From Eledone cirrhosa (lineage: Eukaryota), in NCBI GenBank assembly GCA_964016885.1, contig OZ024741.1, forward strand, positions 31,620,001 through 31,684,000: a stretch of 64,000 nt of DNA, given 5' to 3'. The translations under genes and the position numbers were made by a program. The notes below the pieces were generated by a model, which ran no database searches, was not told the DNA's origin, and saw only the letters and a list, made by a program, of their open reading frames with translations. The stretch's first letter is position 1. Each line of letters starts with the position of its first letter. Below, one piece after another: positions 41,066 through 55,230 of this stretch.

Positions 41066-41113
41066 TAGGCTTTGATAAGTACCAACAGTACGAAACAGAG
41101 TTCTGTCAGCTTA
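41066..41113 (+). ncRNA. HHR U3-A8 variant, right arm (family E)
   Basis: taggct-TTGATAA-gtac-caaca-gtac-GAAA-caga-gt-tctg-TC-agctta; all three stems pair. Confidence 0.85.
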
Positions 41114-41970
41114 TCTCCCCTTGTTTGCTGAAAATAGAAGTAAGTGACATAGTCACTACTTTAAAGCAATAGCGTAAGGTCTTCAAAATGCTTTTAATTA
41201 AGCATACAGTGTATTGCAAAATACACTATATATACATTCATATATATATCGCTATTTCAGAGCACCAATTCTAATTTTCATATATATATATATATATTTG
41301 TATGTATGTAAAAGGTGAACAAAAATAACAATCAGTACATTATACGGAAGGGATATATTAGGTTAACGCTTGATATAGCAGGAAGAAAGTCAGCCTTAGC
41401 CGGGTTGCTGGAAGAGGTAGAAGAGTAAAAGACTATATATATGTATTAGTTCTAACCCAAGTAACCAGCCACTAGCTATATAGCGAGATAATATACTTTG
41501 GCAGAGTCCTATTCTGGGTATCTCCATGCAGCCGACATTGCCGCTCAACGGGCTTCACCGGGGAAACGCTTTCTCCATTCTGTCCACCGGGGCTGTGGGG
41601 AGGCTAGCACGTGGGACACTATTTGCTCACCATACGGAGATATGGGGAGGGCGAGAGAAATGGAGCCGATGATAGTGGGAGTTCGGTTCTAACACGTGCG
41701 GACCATATCCGTCTGGTTGTGTTCATTAAGCAGCTAATCTCTGTCGGTTTATAATCCGGTTTTCTTAAAGACAAACTTTGTCTAACCTAATTCCTTTCGC
41801 ACATAAAAGTCAATACTTACTGTGATAATTATTTCTATGTTCACCCCTCTAAAGGGTACACATGTGTCTATCTATGTGTGTATGTACATATGTATCTGTG
41901 TGTATGTGCTTATGTGTGTGTGTATATAGATATGTTTATATATAGATATATATGTGTGTGTGTATATGTT

Positions 41971-42004
<34 letters not shown>

Positions 42005-42169
42005 CGGGTGTGTATTATATGTTTACAATATGGATTATAATTTTCAATACCTCTTACCCTCAGACTATTAATATTGATAAACAAACACGTTCCTAAATGA
42101 ACCCATATCTGTTTACGTATCTGAACTTTTCAATAAAAACCCCAATACTACGGAAAAATGAGGAGTAGT

Positions 42170-44830
42170 AGTAACATACCAACACCACTGCCACTAAGGT
42201 CAACTAGGTCACCTAGACCAAAACACCCCTGTATTTTCTAGGTATATACAGTCATTTTTGTTGGTTGTTGAAAACATCCCTAACTGACCTGTTTCTAGCA
42301 CAACTGATCTAAGAAATTCAATAGACTTGTTATTGGAGTGTTAAGACAGTATCTGAGCAATAAGTGGAAGGTAAATTGTATTGATACATGAATTCCTTCA
42401 TTCTAAATCATATGCCACCAGTTCTTTGAGAATACAACACCATAGTTCGGGACATATTAAAGGACTGAAATAACTGAGGTAAACATTATGTTCTGTTTAT
42501 TTTCTGTTCAAGTTCCAGCTGTCTAATGAGGTTATAGCTGTTGAATAAGAAGTTGCAGTTTATGGGGCTGGTTTTGTTGTTGTTGATGATAGTAGATGAA
42601 GTATATAAGCTGATATCTGATAATCCTGATACTTTTACAATTGTATTTAGAAATGTAAACATGTCTGTTATGTAATATAGAAAGATAATGGATGAGACTG
42701 GTAAACGCCGTGGGAGTCATTTGAAAAGTAAATAATTTTGTTTTTCTCTGTTCCATGAAATCAAACTTGTACTACAATTAGAGAGAAAGATTTCAACCTA
42801 GTTGTAAAGATAGTTGGGAATTTCAATTTGATGTAATTTCCTAACTAATGTGTCATGAATTATGTTATCATAAGCTCCCTTTATGTCTATTGAGATCAAA
42901 CTAGTTGATTGTTTCAACAGTTTTGATTTTCTGATGTATATGGTTATTTTATGTACCCATTTCTAAGTGTTTATATTCCCTCGAAATCCGAACTGAGATT
43001 TGAGGAAACTGTTTAATGTTTCTTCAACGTAAGATAATCTAGTACCTATAACTTTTTCTAACATTTTAAATAGATTGCTCAGTACAGCTATTGACTGATA
43101 TGATCTGGTAGAGTGATAGTTATCCTTATTTGGTTTAGGTATTGCTAACGTCGGTGTACATTTCCATATATCTAGATGATGTTGAAATATAATTATACTA
43201 TTAAAGAAATTTAGTATTATTACTTGTATTGCACATTCATGATTAAATTATACATTCCATCTGTACATGTGGCCGTTTCTTGTTTTACCTCATCCTTAAC
43301 TGCTAATAGCTCTTGTTCAGTAATAGGAGGGGTGTCTACATTTGGAGAGAAGGGGAGGACCTTTGTAATTAGTATTGAGTTCTGTAAAAACAAAAAAGTT
43401 GTTGACAAACGATTCTGCAAATAGTGATGTCTGAGATACTTCACTATTGTGATCATTTGCTTTGGTGGGTTTGTGTTTGATAATTGAGTTGTATATGCTA
43501 CATATATCGCCCATGGACTCCAGATTAGCTTTGCTATCGTTTTTGGCTTGTTTTATTTGCCTATTAGACTTTTTTGTAACCCTTTATAATTTTCATAATT
43601 GAAATCTGTTGCATGGTATTCCACTTTTATAATGATTGTGTCATTTCCTCCCTTACTTGTTTTAATTCTTCGTTCCATCCTGCCTTATTGTAGTGGTTAT
43701 CTTTATTATTATTATGTTTATCATTTCATTCAGACTGACATAAATAAAAAGTTGCACAGGACAAGCATAAACTCTTTCCCTTTTTGTTTAATAGACACCA
43801 TTTTGTTACTGAAAATTACAACTATTTCCTGTAGAAGAGAAAATGTAAAACATGTTCAGAAAAACTTTAAACTTTAAATTTATTAATTAAAACATTGAAA
43901 AAGTAAAATCTCAAATCGGATCCGAGATGTGGTATTTTATAATCAGGGAAAGACTTTACGCTCACCCAAGACTTTATGCTCACCCTGTATATTGTATTTG
44001 GTCAATAAATATTTGTACATTTGCTTTTAGTTCTTCAAATGACTGGATATTGTAATGTTTGTTGGGGATGTGGTAGTTCTGTTTCTAAATAATTAGTAAA
44101 CTTATTCCAGTCAGTCTTGTAAAATTGCTGAGTTTAGAAATTGTTAGTGTTTTCGTTGATTAAAGCAATTGTAATATTAAAGGTACTCGTGCCATGATCC
44201 AAACCTAGATCCATGTTATGGTCTAATTTCCAGTTTTCTATAAGGGAAGAGGTTGTGAGAGAAGACCATTATTGTTGAGGTTCTGTTATTGAAATGTAGG
44301 TAGGAGATTCTGGTAATGTATGTAAAATGAAGTTCTATTTATTCGTAATTTCTAAGATATACTCTCATTCTTTTATACTATTTTTCTTGTTAGTATTCCA
44401 GAATGGATAATGTGCATTGAATACCCCTGAAATTAGAGCTTCGTTTTGAGGATTAGATTTGTCTAGGAAACCTTTCATTTTGTTATAGTAACTGTGGATT
44501 TTTTTTCGAAGGTGGTTATAAATATTTCTTTAAATAGAAGTCTAGCTTTCTCATGTATATATACACAGAATATCTATGGAGTTACTCTCCTTTTCTATTT
44601 ATGTCTAATTTAGAGATTAATTCTGATATAATTCCCGCGTGAAACCTTGATGCTCCCTGTTAACATGTATGGATATAGAAAAAAGACAATTCTGTGTTCC
44701 CCTTTCTACAAGATCAAATCTTTTAGCAGAGGGTCTTGAAAGAGAAATATGTCAAATATTGAGCCATTTAGGTTGGAATACAATTCCATTAGTTCATGAT
44801 GTTTGTTTAGGCTGATGTTGCATATTTTTT
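42170..44830 (-). pseudogene. Highly decayed APE-endonuclease/RT LINE (Jockey/I-like)
   Basis: ISG.FNAHYPFW-like, PPITEQELL and AIPKPNKD remnants; mariner-like end (tacagggtg on minus) near 43990; boundaries approximate. Confidence 0.55.
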
Positions 44831-44842
44831 ATTTGGTTCATT

Positions 44843-45222
44843 GTTTGACAGTATCAGTAGAGTGTCAGACACCATGCTTTGCAGCATAGAGTTACGGTCC
44901 TTTACGGTCTGAGTGCAAATCCCGTCGAGGTTAAATTTTCCTTTCATCCTTACGGCGTCGACTAAATAAATCACCAGTAATGTACTGGGGTCGATTTAAT
45001 CGACTTTCCCTCCTCACAAATCACTGCCTATACAGGAAATTATTATTATCAGTGGATTGGCAGTATCGGTAGAGGGTCGAACGCCATGCTTTGACGCATG
45101 AGTTCAAATCCCGCCGAAGTTAACTTTGCCTTTCATCCTTACGAGGTCAATAAAATAAAGTACCAGTAATGCACTGTGTAATTGCTGGCCTTGTGCCAAA
45201 TGTAGAAACAATTATTATTATT
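44843..45222 (+). mobile_element. Two tandem tRNA-derived SINE copies
   Basis: Same family as 25250-25437. Confidence 0.8.
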
Positions 45223-45368
45223 ATTGACTTTTTCGAAGTTTGTATTTGAGCGAATTTTTAAAAACCCTTTGCTTTGAGCCAGTTTGATATTTATTGGAAA
45301 CATGTTTTAGGAAATTGGTTTTCTGCTATTGTGGTGATTGTAGTATTGTTGTTTTCAGTTATGTAGTG

Positions 45369-45437
<69 letters not shown>

Positions 45438-45558
45438 ATATATATAAAAACGTTTGAATTTGTAAAGCCAAACAATGCAGGTATGGACATAGAATAAAAA
45501 TGCAAATGCAAAAGATATTGTTGATAATTAGTCTTTTGCCTTAGATTTATTTAAATGT

Positions 45559-45593
45559 CCTTAATTTTCGAGATAATATCTCTTCTTCGGAGG
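45559..45593 (-). ncRNA. Minimal HHR, U4C variant
   Basis: Mirror of 49892-49926. Confidence 0.65.
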
Positions 45594-46018
45594 GAAGTAA
45601 AGCGGTTAAACCAGTGTTCTAAATACCTTGCCAAGTCATGCTGACAGGAAATGGTGTAAAGTATCTGTTCTATCTCTAATGTCAAAGAGGTAAGGTTAGG
45701 TGGATAAAGAGTAGACTACCTTTAAAAGGTTTTTTTTGTACATGTCTGTTTAAGTGTGTGGGAGAATGCGTGAATGTGTAAGTATGAGTGTGTATGTGTG
45801 TGTGTGTGAGTGTGAGAAGATATGTCTATACGTAAATGTGGGGGATAGATGTTCTCTCGTGTTAGAACTGGTTTTTGTGTGTGTATGTGTGTGTGTGAGA
45901 GAGAATAAGTGCAGGTGTAAGCGTGTGTGTGTGTGTGTGCGTGTGTGTGTGCGTGTGTGTGTGCGTGTGTGTGTGCGTGTGTGTGGGAGGGGGTGTAAGT
46001 ATGGGGCTAGATGCTCTA

Positions 46019-48601
46019 TCAAGTTATAAATTGGGCGTTTGAGTTCTAGTCTATTATTGATTGGTGGTTGTGTTTTGTCTATAATTAGTGCTTCCTTAAT
46101 TCTAAGATTGCCGAGGTTTCTTTCCTTAGTTTCTATCCTAACTGTTATGGTTTTGTCGGTGTTTTTGCATTTAACTAGGTGTTTCTTAAATGAGGAAGTG
46201 TTAGTATTGAGGTGTTCTTTTATTCTTATGTGGAGTGATCTGGTGGTGCTACCTACATAGAAGTTGCTGCATTTGTCGCACTCTAGTCTGTAAACGACGT
46301 AAGCCTGGTGGCATAGGTCTGTGTCGTTGATGGGGCAGTTGGCTAACCTGCAGCGGTTGTCATGTCTGGTGGAGTGTCTTTTGGTTAGCTGTTCGCGTAG
46401 AGAAGGTCCTGAGTGGGCCAGTTGGATATCTAGTCCCCCTCGTCTGATAGCTCTGCGGATGGCTGTTGTTGTTTCGTCACTGAATTTTGGGAGCTTCAGG
46501 AAGCAAGTGTTAGTGCCTCGAGTGTGGTGTCTTCTGTTCTTTCTGGCACGGTTTTTGGTGGATGTCGTGTATCCGTTCAGTTTGAGTACTTCCAGGAAAT
46601 GTGTGATGTGTGTGTCTCGGTCTCTAGCGTCGGTGCATTTGTTCCGGATACGTGTAGTTCGTTCCTTATGTATCCGACTTAGCGCCGGCTAGGAGGGCCG
46701 ATCTGAAATGTACGAACAGGTCCCTGCTGGCGGCTTTTTTATAGAAGCAGGTGTGGATGTTGCCTTCCTCTTTTACCCTGAGTTGGAAGTCCAGTAGGGA
46801 TAGGGATCCGCGGTCATCGGGGTGTTCCATGCTGAACCATATACTGGTGTCCATGCTGGAGAATGTTGTGTATATTTTATCTGCCTCCTCACGGGATGAT
46901 GTAAGGATGAGTATGTCATCTTAATATCGGGTGAAGAAGGTATGGTAATGGCAGGTGTTGAGGGCTCGGCATTCTAGCTGGTTCATATAGGTGACGGCCA
47001 GCAGGCCCGATAGGCTGGATCCCATGGGTAATCCTGTTGTCTGTCTGTATGTGTGGTGGTGGAAGGTGAAGTACGTGTTGTCCACTGTGAAGCACACAAG
47101 CTGGTGTATGTCCGTCGGATGGAGGCCGTAGCAGTGGATGTCCTCTGCGACCACGCAGTCCGTCAATAAATCGACAGCTGGATGAGCGGGGACTGTAGTG
47201 TAGAGGGAGACAACGTCGAGGCTAAAGGAATATCTATTTAGTTTAAGTTGTTCTGCCTGGAGTTGGTGTAGTCTACGTATGACTTCGTCGGAGCTACTGA
47301 CATGCCCGGGAAAGGTGGAGAGCAGAGGCTTGAGGACCTGGGAGAGGAGCCAGGAAGTTATGTATAGGGGTCCTTCTATGCTAGAGACGATGGGTTTTAT
47401 TTGTGTCTTAGTACTATTCTTGTGGGTCTGGATGAGGTGGTAGAAAGTGGGCAGTCTGCTATTTCTAGTGGTGTAGTTGAGCTTAACTTTATTTGGGAGT
47501 TGTCTTCTCCTACAGATGTCGAACCAGATGGAGTTGGTCTGTTTTTCGATCTGGGCTGCAGTCATATCCGGGATCGCTGTATATAGTTCATTGTCGCTTA
47601 GGTGTTCAAAGGCTAGGTTGTTGTATGTGGCTTGAGAGATGACGCAAAACTCTTTACCTTTGTCGGATGGTAAGTATATAAGTTCCCTATTCCGTAGGTT
47701 CTTCAGGGCGAATTGTTGTGTCCTGAAGAGATTTGGGGCTATCTTTTTCTGTTTCCGTAAGATGTTAAATACGGAATGTTTTAGCCCCGAGAGTTTTTCT
47801 TCAAGCTCGCGGTTGGCAGGCGGTGGACAGAGTGGGCGATCCAGTTGGTATATCGGGAATCTGGGTTTGTTAGATTCCGTGGTGTTGTTGCTGAGAGTCG
47901 ATATCCATTTTAGTTGGTAGGCAGCCTGACAGAAATTCGTTTCTATGTCGAGCCATAATTTGTCGTCCAGTCTCTGTTTCAATATGAACTTGGGACCCAG
48001 GCTGAGGAGGTCTAATTCCTCTCGGGAGAGGGATCCTGTCAAGTCTGTGACGAGGTGTTTTGCGTCAGGTGTGTTGTTGGTAGGGGCGCCACTATGTTCG
48101 GTGTTGGTACCGTCTTGTTCGCCTCTGTTGGTGCTTAGAGTTGGGATGTTGTTAAGACGGTTAACCGTGCTGAGTTTTGAGAAATTTTTGCGTTAGGCGT
48201 ATTTTCTCGTTATCTTGGCGATGGTGGTATGACCTGTCTATAGCGGCGGAGATAACTCTGGACAGAGGTTCTGGGGTTTCAGCGAGTTGTGGTACAAGGC
48301 TGGAAATAGTCCGTATGTGTTGTTGTAACGTGCGGTGTAGGTGTTGTATGAGTTTTCTTAGGCAGAATTTTTGTATGTAGCTAAGTGATGGTTTGAGGCC
48401 TAGTGATTTGAAGCATGTTGGTAGGTGCAAGTTTTTGATGATTTTTGGGATGATATTTTTATTCAGGCATCGTTTTAGGAAGTTTATTTGGCAGCCGGCT
48501 TTGGCGCGCTTTTCAGATAGCTGTAAGAGTTTCTTTACAGTTGTGAACTGGGCTTGGCTCAGGCGTAAGGAAAGGAGGAAGTTATAGTTCACTTGAAGCA
48601 T
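46019..48601 (-). pseudogene. PLE RT + GIY-YIG ORF, disrupted
   Basis: LLSLGPKF, LPSDKG, SLDVVSLYTTVP, GLPMGSSLS, TRY*DD, VVYRLECDKC..YVGSTTRSLHIRIKEH. Confidence 0.9.
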
Positions 48602-49475
48602 TGTGTAATAAGGTATAAACGTTTGAATTTGTAAAGCCAAACAATGCAGGTATGGACATAGAATAAAAATGCAACTTAGGATAACAGAGGAAGGCAACAT
48701 CCACACCTGCTTCTATAAAAAAGCCGCCAGCAAGGACCTGTTCGTACATTTCAGATCGGCCCTCCCAGCCGGCGCTAAGTTCGGATATATAAGGAACGAA
48801 CTACACGTATCCGGAACAAATGCACCGACGCTAGAGACTGAGACACACACACCACACATGTCCTGGAAGTACTCAAACTGAACGGATACACGACATCCAC
48901 CAAAAACCGTGCCAGAAAGCACAGAGGACACCACACTCGAGGCACTAACACTTGCTTCCTGAAGCTCCCACACTTCAGTGAAGAAACAACAACAGCCATC
49001 CGCAGAGCTATCAGACGAGCGGGACTAGATATCCAACTGGCCCACTCAGGACCTTCTCTACGCGGACAGCTAACCAAAAGACACTCCACCAGACATTACA
49101 ACCGCTGCAGGCTAGCCAACTGCCCCATCAACGACACGGACCTATGCCACCAGGCTTACGTCGTATGCAGACTAGAGTGCGACAAATGCAGCAACTTCTA
49201 TGTAGGTAGCACCACCAGACCACTCCACATAAGAATAAAAGAACACCTCAATACTAACGCTCCCTCATTTAAGAAACACGTAGTGAAATGCAAAAACACC
49301 GACAAAACCATAACAGTTAGGATAGAAACTAAGGAAAGAAACCTCGGCAATCTTAGTATTAATGGAGCACTAATTATAGACAAAACACAACCACCAATCA
49401 ATAATAGACTAGAACTCAACACCCAATTTATAACTTGATAGAGCATCTAGCCCCATACTTATACACCCTCCCCAC

Positions 49476-49568
<93 letters not shown>

Positions 49569-49891
49569 TACACTTACACGTATTCTCTCTCACACATACA
49601 CATACACAGACAAAAACCAGTTCTAACACGAGAGAACATCTATCCCCCACATTTACGTATAGACATATCTTCTCACACTCACACTCACACACACACACAT
49701 ATTTACACATTCACGCATTCTCCCACTCGCTTAAACAGACATGTACAAAAAAAACCCTTTTAAAGGGAGACTACTCTTTATCCACCTAACCTTACCTCTT
49801 TGACATTAGAGATAGAACAGATACTCTACACCATTTCCTGTCAGCATGACTTGGCAAGGTATTTAGAACACTGGTTTAACCGCTTTACTTC

Positions 49892-49926
49892 CCTCCGAAG
49901 AAGAGATATTATCTCGAAAATTAAGG
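49892..49926 (+). ncRNA. Minimal HHR, U4C variant
   Basis: cct-CCGAAGA-a-gagata-t-tatctc-GAAA-at-TA-agg. Confidence 0.65.
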
Positions 49927-50429
49927 ACATTTAAATAAATCTAAGGTAAAATACTAATTATCAACAATATCTTTTGCATTTGCATTTATATTCTATGTCC
50001 ATTACCTGCATTGTTTGGCTTTACAAATTCAAACGCTTATACCTCATTACACAATGCTTCAAATGAACTATAACTTCCTCCTATATATATATCCACACAC
50101 ACACACTCACACACATACACACATATATATATATATATATCCACACACACACACACATACATACACAAACTCACACAGACACACACACACACACACATAT
50201 ACACATATATATAGCTTAATTAATTACTCACCGGTAATTATATGCGCATTAGTACTTCCATTTCAGAATAATACTGGGAGCGAATAGGTATATACGCCCT
50301 TGAAATACCTGTTGAGTGGATGATATACACGACTTCTGATGAGTGTCAAATAAGAATCGAAATCAATTAAAGATATTTATCTGGAAATACCAAATTAGAT
50401 ATGTATATATATATTTATACCTTACTAGA

Positions 50430-50790
50430 ATTCGGCTGGAATTTATGTACGACACTACTTAGCTCGCCAGGTGATCTCCGACATGTACTTGATAGGTTTA
50501 AGACAAAGATGGAAATCAGTGTTACGAAGAATGCGCAGTTCACTCAAAATGTGTTCCCCTGAAGCAAGTGGAAAAGTTCAAGAGCTCGGGGCGTATTCAT
50601 GGGTTATGGATGGCAAGAGGCTTAATTGTGTGTGGGAATTGCAAGGGCTGGTAGAGTAATACACCAGCTGCAGTATTTGGTAATCAGAAGAAGAAGAATT
50701 CAATAATTTACTGGTTTACCGGAGCTGGTAGCAATTTTAGCACTCGAGTCTGGTCTATAACACCTATATGTCTTACAGATACCGCCGTAT
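50430..50790 (+). pseudogene. Decayed RTE-like RT fragment
   Basis: LKQVEKFK / LGGVF..GIARAGRVIHQL across a frameshift. Confidence 0.5.
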
Positions 50791-51271
50791 GTGTCAGTCC
50801 CTGTGTGAGCATGTATGTGTGTCTGTTTCAACAATACAGGCAATTTGATCCAAGCAATCAATTAATTCATGCTCCTTATCACTCAACGATTCTAAAAGTA
50901 GATTGATTTTATTTACTGTCTGTAATATATAAAGGTTAATATAACGGACAGATTTGTGGGAGTCACTCTCGTGTAAATGATAAGCACAGCTTAACGGTAT
51001 ATTGCACGTGTGGCTTCGCACCTCACAGAGAGTGCTATACAGATTTTGTCCGTCTTCAGGATTTATTTGCCCAAATTATAAGACCTTCATGGTCAAATAA
51101 CGTTGATGCTGCTTTCAAATTCATACTACCTATCGGTCAACGATTCCAAAAACATATATATTTATATATATATATACGCATACACACACACAGACACATA
51201 TATATCTATATATATAATATATAATATATATAATCTATATATATAATATATATAATATATTATTATTATAT

Positions 51272-51650
51272 TTATGGTCTGAGTTCAAATCCCGCCGAGG
51301 TTAACTTTGCCTTTCATCCTTACGGGGTCGATAAAATAAAGTATCAGTAATACACTGGAATAATTGCTGGCCTTGTGCCAAAAGTAGAAACAATTATTAT
51401 ATATATGATATATTATATTTATATATATCTATATAAATATATATATAAATATATATATATATAGGCGGTGGATTGGCAGTATCGATAGAGAGTGGACGCC
51501 ATGCTTTCCAGCGTAGTTACGTCTCTTTACGGTCTGAGTTCAAATCGCGTCGAGGTTAACTTTGCCTTTCATCCATACGGTGTCGTTAAAATAAAGTACC
51601 AGTAATGTACTGGATAATTTCTGACCTTGTGCCAACAGTAGAAACAATTA
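51272..51650 (+). mobile_element. Two SINE copies (51272-51398 partial, 51464-51650 full)
   Basis: A and B boxes plus the shared core. Confidence 0.8.
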
Positions 51651-51712
51651 TATATATATGATATGGATGAGGTGTCAAATTTTCATTACATTTATTATTA
51701 TCCTTAAACTAT

Positions 51713-51767
<55 letters not shown>

Positions 51768-52286
51768 CGTGTGTGTCTGTGTGTAAATCAAAATTTGTGT
51801 ATATGCACGTCGTTTTGAGAGCTAGCAAATCATGCACATATTTATAATAATGAACAACCTCTCGTACCTTTAAGAAATCGCCATTGAAGACAGTTTCGAA
51901 AAGAAGTATGTGACAAGAGAGTGTAGAGAAACTATATAAGAGTGATACGAAAAGGAAATGTAGAATGTATGAGAGAGATTGATAATGGATAAGAACCAAA
52001 TAAAATAGCGTGTATTAAGCATAACAAGAGTAAAGGCTTCTCATCTATCACAACAAAACATTTACTCTGCTAAATCAGTAAACATCTTCATACAGATATT
52101 GTTGTTTTGTAGTAGGTTTATAAAGACAAGATAGCTATTAAATACCTACTTGATGAGAAGCCTTTATAACATTTTATTACATACGTTTACGATCATAGGT
52201 ATTATAACAACTATATTGTCCTCTCGAGCAGAAGCATCTCACTTATATATGAATATACATAGAAGCACACATAGACACACACACAT

Positions 52287-52359
<73 letters not shown>

Positions 52360-52399
52360 GAGACAAAGACACAGAGACACACAGACAGACAGACAGACA

Positions 52400-52501
<102 letters not shown>

Positions 52502-52502
52502 A

Positions 52503-55139
52503 TTATGACTTGGCTTTGGTGTTGGTGTAGAGCAGTGATATCAGGTCCACTATCTTCTTAGGGATTTCATAAGCCTGTAAGATCTTCATCAGGCTCTGAT
52601 GGTCCACAGAATCAAAGGCCTTCCTAAACTCAATGAAAACCATGACCGCAGGAAGACACTTTGCTCTAGATCCCTCTAATATCCTCCTCAGCATCAGGAT
52701 GTGACTGGTGGTTGATCTTCCCTCTCTGAAGCCGTTCTGGTTGTTCCTGAGCTTCTTCTCCACCTCACGTTGGATCCTGTTAAGAATCATCCTGTTGAGG
52801 GTCTTTGCCACAAGTGACGTCAGTGAGATCCCCCTGTAGTTGTTGGTGTTAGAGAGATCTCCCTTCTTTGGCACTGGGACCATGTTACTAATTCTCCACT
52901 GATTCGGGACAACTCTTTTCTCCAGTGCCTGGTTACAGAACCCCATGATCATATCATCAAAATCACACCTCTTCATCACCTCTGATGCCACTCCATCTTC
53001 TCTATGAGCCTTGCCATCCTTAATCTTCTTCTTGGCTCTCTGAAGCTCCTCTCTGGTGAAAGGCTCTGTCTCAATATCCAGTTCTTCAAACAGCTGCCGG
53101 ATCTCCCTAGTGTTCTGGGCTGTGGAGGGCGGCTCTCCTAGTAGGGTCCTAAAATGGTCTAGCCATTTCCTCTTCCTATCCTCGGGCCCTGTTCCCTGGA
53201 TCTAACTCGAACACCTTCTCTTCCTCCCTGTGATTTCGTTGATCATCATCCAGCTCTCCTTACACCCAGACATGTCAACCGCTCTCTCCACACTTCTGAT
53301 CTTCTCTATCAGTGCCTCCTCTCTGGCCTCAGTGTAAGCGGTACAGAGTTCTTTCCTCATCCCCTCCACAGTCTCCATCCTCTCCTCCGTAGGATCAGCA
53401 TAGAATTGGACCTTGGCAGCTTTCAGGTGTTCTCTGGCTGCACACACTTTTGGGTCTGCAGAGCTGACGTGCTTCCTTTTGTTCTTTCTCCTCGGCACCA
53501 GGGTCTCACTTGCTTCCGCCACTGCATTGGTGAAGTGCCGGTACCTCCACGTCACACTCTCCTCAGTCGATCCATTCTCTCTTTCCTCTGTCTCTCCACA
53601 CAGAGCACTGAACCTGTTCCTCACTTCCACTGTGAAGCTCTCCTGTAGCTTATCATCTTCCTTGAAAGCTCCCCAGTCATAGATTACTCTCCGGGGCTGA
53701 GCCTTGCTCTTTTTTAAGCTCACCCGGACCTCACTCATAACAAGCCGGTGGTCACTGCGCAGTTTACTGAAATAGTTGTATGGTTCTGTGTTCAGAACGC
53801 TATTCCGCCACTTTTTCCTCACCAGAATAAAATCAATCTGGGACTTGGACAGGTGCATATCTAAGATGTAGGTCCACATCTTCCCCGGATTCTTCCTAAA
53901 CCTTAAGTTGGTCGCTATCAAGTTAACCTCCAGCAGGGTGTCTCTCAGTAGTCTTCCATTTCGGATGGTGTTGTTATGGAAGAACCAGCAAGGATCTTCA
54001 CTGCCCTCCTTACTCAGATGAGCATTGAAGTCCCCAAAACAAGCAGGATGTTGTGTGCTTGTGTGGTGTTGACAGCTCTACACACCTCCTCATGGAACTC
54101 TTCCGCACTCACATCATTGTCTCCTTCGGTTGGACTATAGGCTGAGATATCTGTCAGTCTTGGATTTCCATTGAAGGTTACCCTCAACACTGATGGGATG
54201 ACAGAGTTCTTTGAGATAATGGCTGGAGTGCTCCAGGGAGATATATTGGCTCCCTACCTTTTTATCATCGTAGTGGATTATTGTATGCGCCTTGCACTGG
54301 AGAAACACCAGGACTCTGGCTTACTGTTGCCCCGGCTCAGAGCAGGAGATTTGGGGCGAAAAAGATATCAGATGCTGAATTTTCCTACGACATAATTTTG
54401 GTGACAAATACAGTGAAGGAGGCAGAGGATTTGATGCAGGAGGTTGAGACTGTGTCAATGAGTGTTGGGCTGGGAATGAATGAGACTAAAACAAAATATC
54501 TGGTAGAAAATGTTGAGACGCCAGAAAGGGATCAGTAATGTAGGCGGGAAGCCGATAGAATTGGTAGAGGACTTCCTGTATTTGGGAGCAAAGATTGGGA
54601 ATACGGAAGATGATGTGGTTGAGAGGAAGAGCAAGGCCTGGGCGGCGTGCCACAACTTGAGATCGGTGTGGTAGTCGGTCCTTCGTAAAGATCTAAAATT
54701 CCGCATCTTCATTGCTGTAGTGGAGTCTGTGCTGCTGTACGGGTCTGAGACTTGGACACTGACCAAGAAACTCACTCAGATGGTGGATGGGTGCTACACG
54801 AGAATGCTGAGGATGGATCTGAATATTAATCAGTATACAGTGAGGATGAGAATCTCAGAGGTTTATGGGAGCCACCCAAAAGTCAGTTCAAAAGTGACAC
54901 AGAGGAGACTGAGTTTGGCTGGACATGCTCACCGACATCCAGAGTTGACATTGCACTCAGTGCTCCTGTGTGAGCCCCTACATGGACACACTGGAAGAAG
55001 AAGACCAAGGTTAACGTGTGTTGATGCCCTAAGGACAGACACTAGTCTGCTGGAGACGCAGGACATCGCAGCGATAATGTGGGACAGAGACCGCTGGAGA
55101 GAACTCGTCCATGGATCTCGGGAATTTTACCCGCCCTAG
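52503..55139. mobile_element. RTE-clade LINE with inverted 5' part (minus 52503 to ~54185; plus ~54185-55139)
   Basis: Minus: APE motifs GDFNAH, IDFILV, SDHRLV and RT N-half (NYRGISL, FRKAFDSV). Plus: AGVLQGD.LAPYLF, ESVLLYGSETWTL. Confidence 0.9.
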
Positions 55140-55230
55140 AAAAATATTGTATTAATAATTGCAAAAGCTAAAATCTAAGGAGGCCACAATAAGATGATAT
55201 ATGTATCTATGTATATATATATATATATAT

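Larger units (their letters stand above)
40829..41231. mobile_element. ~400-bp palindrome (175-bp arms), probable inverted pLTR pair
   Basis: 40829-41003 is nearly the exact reverse complement of 41058-41231; TA-flanked. Confidence 0.9.
45446..50082 (-). mobile_element. Decayed PLE with a 1.4-kb inverted 5' copy of its 3' end
   Basis: 48673-50082 is the inverted copy of about 45446-46783 and runs ~50 bp further, into the ORF start (MLQMNYNFLL). Confidence 0.92.
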
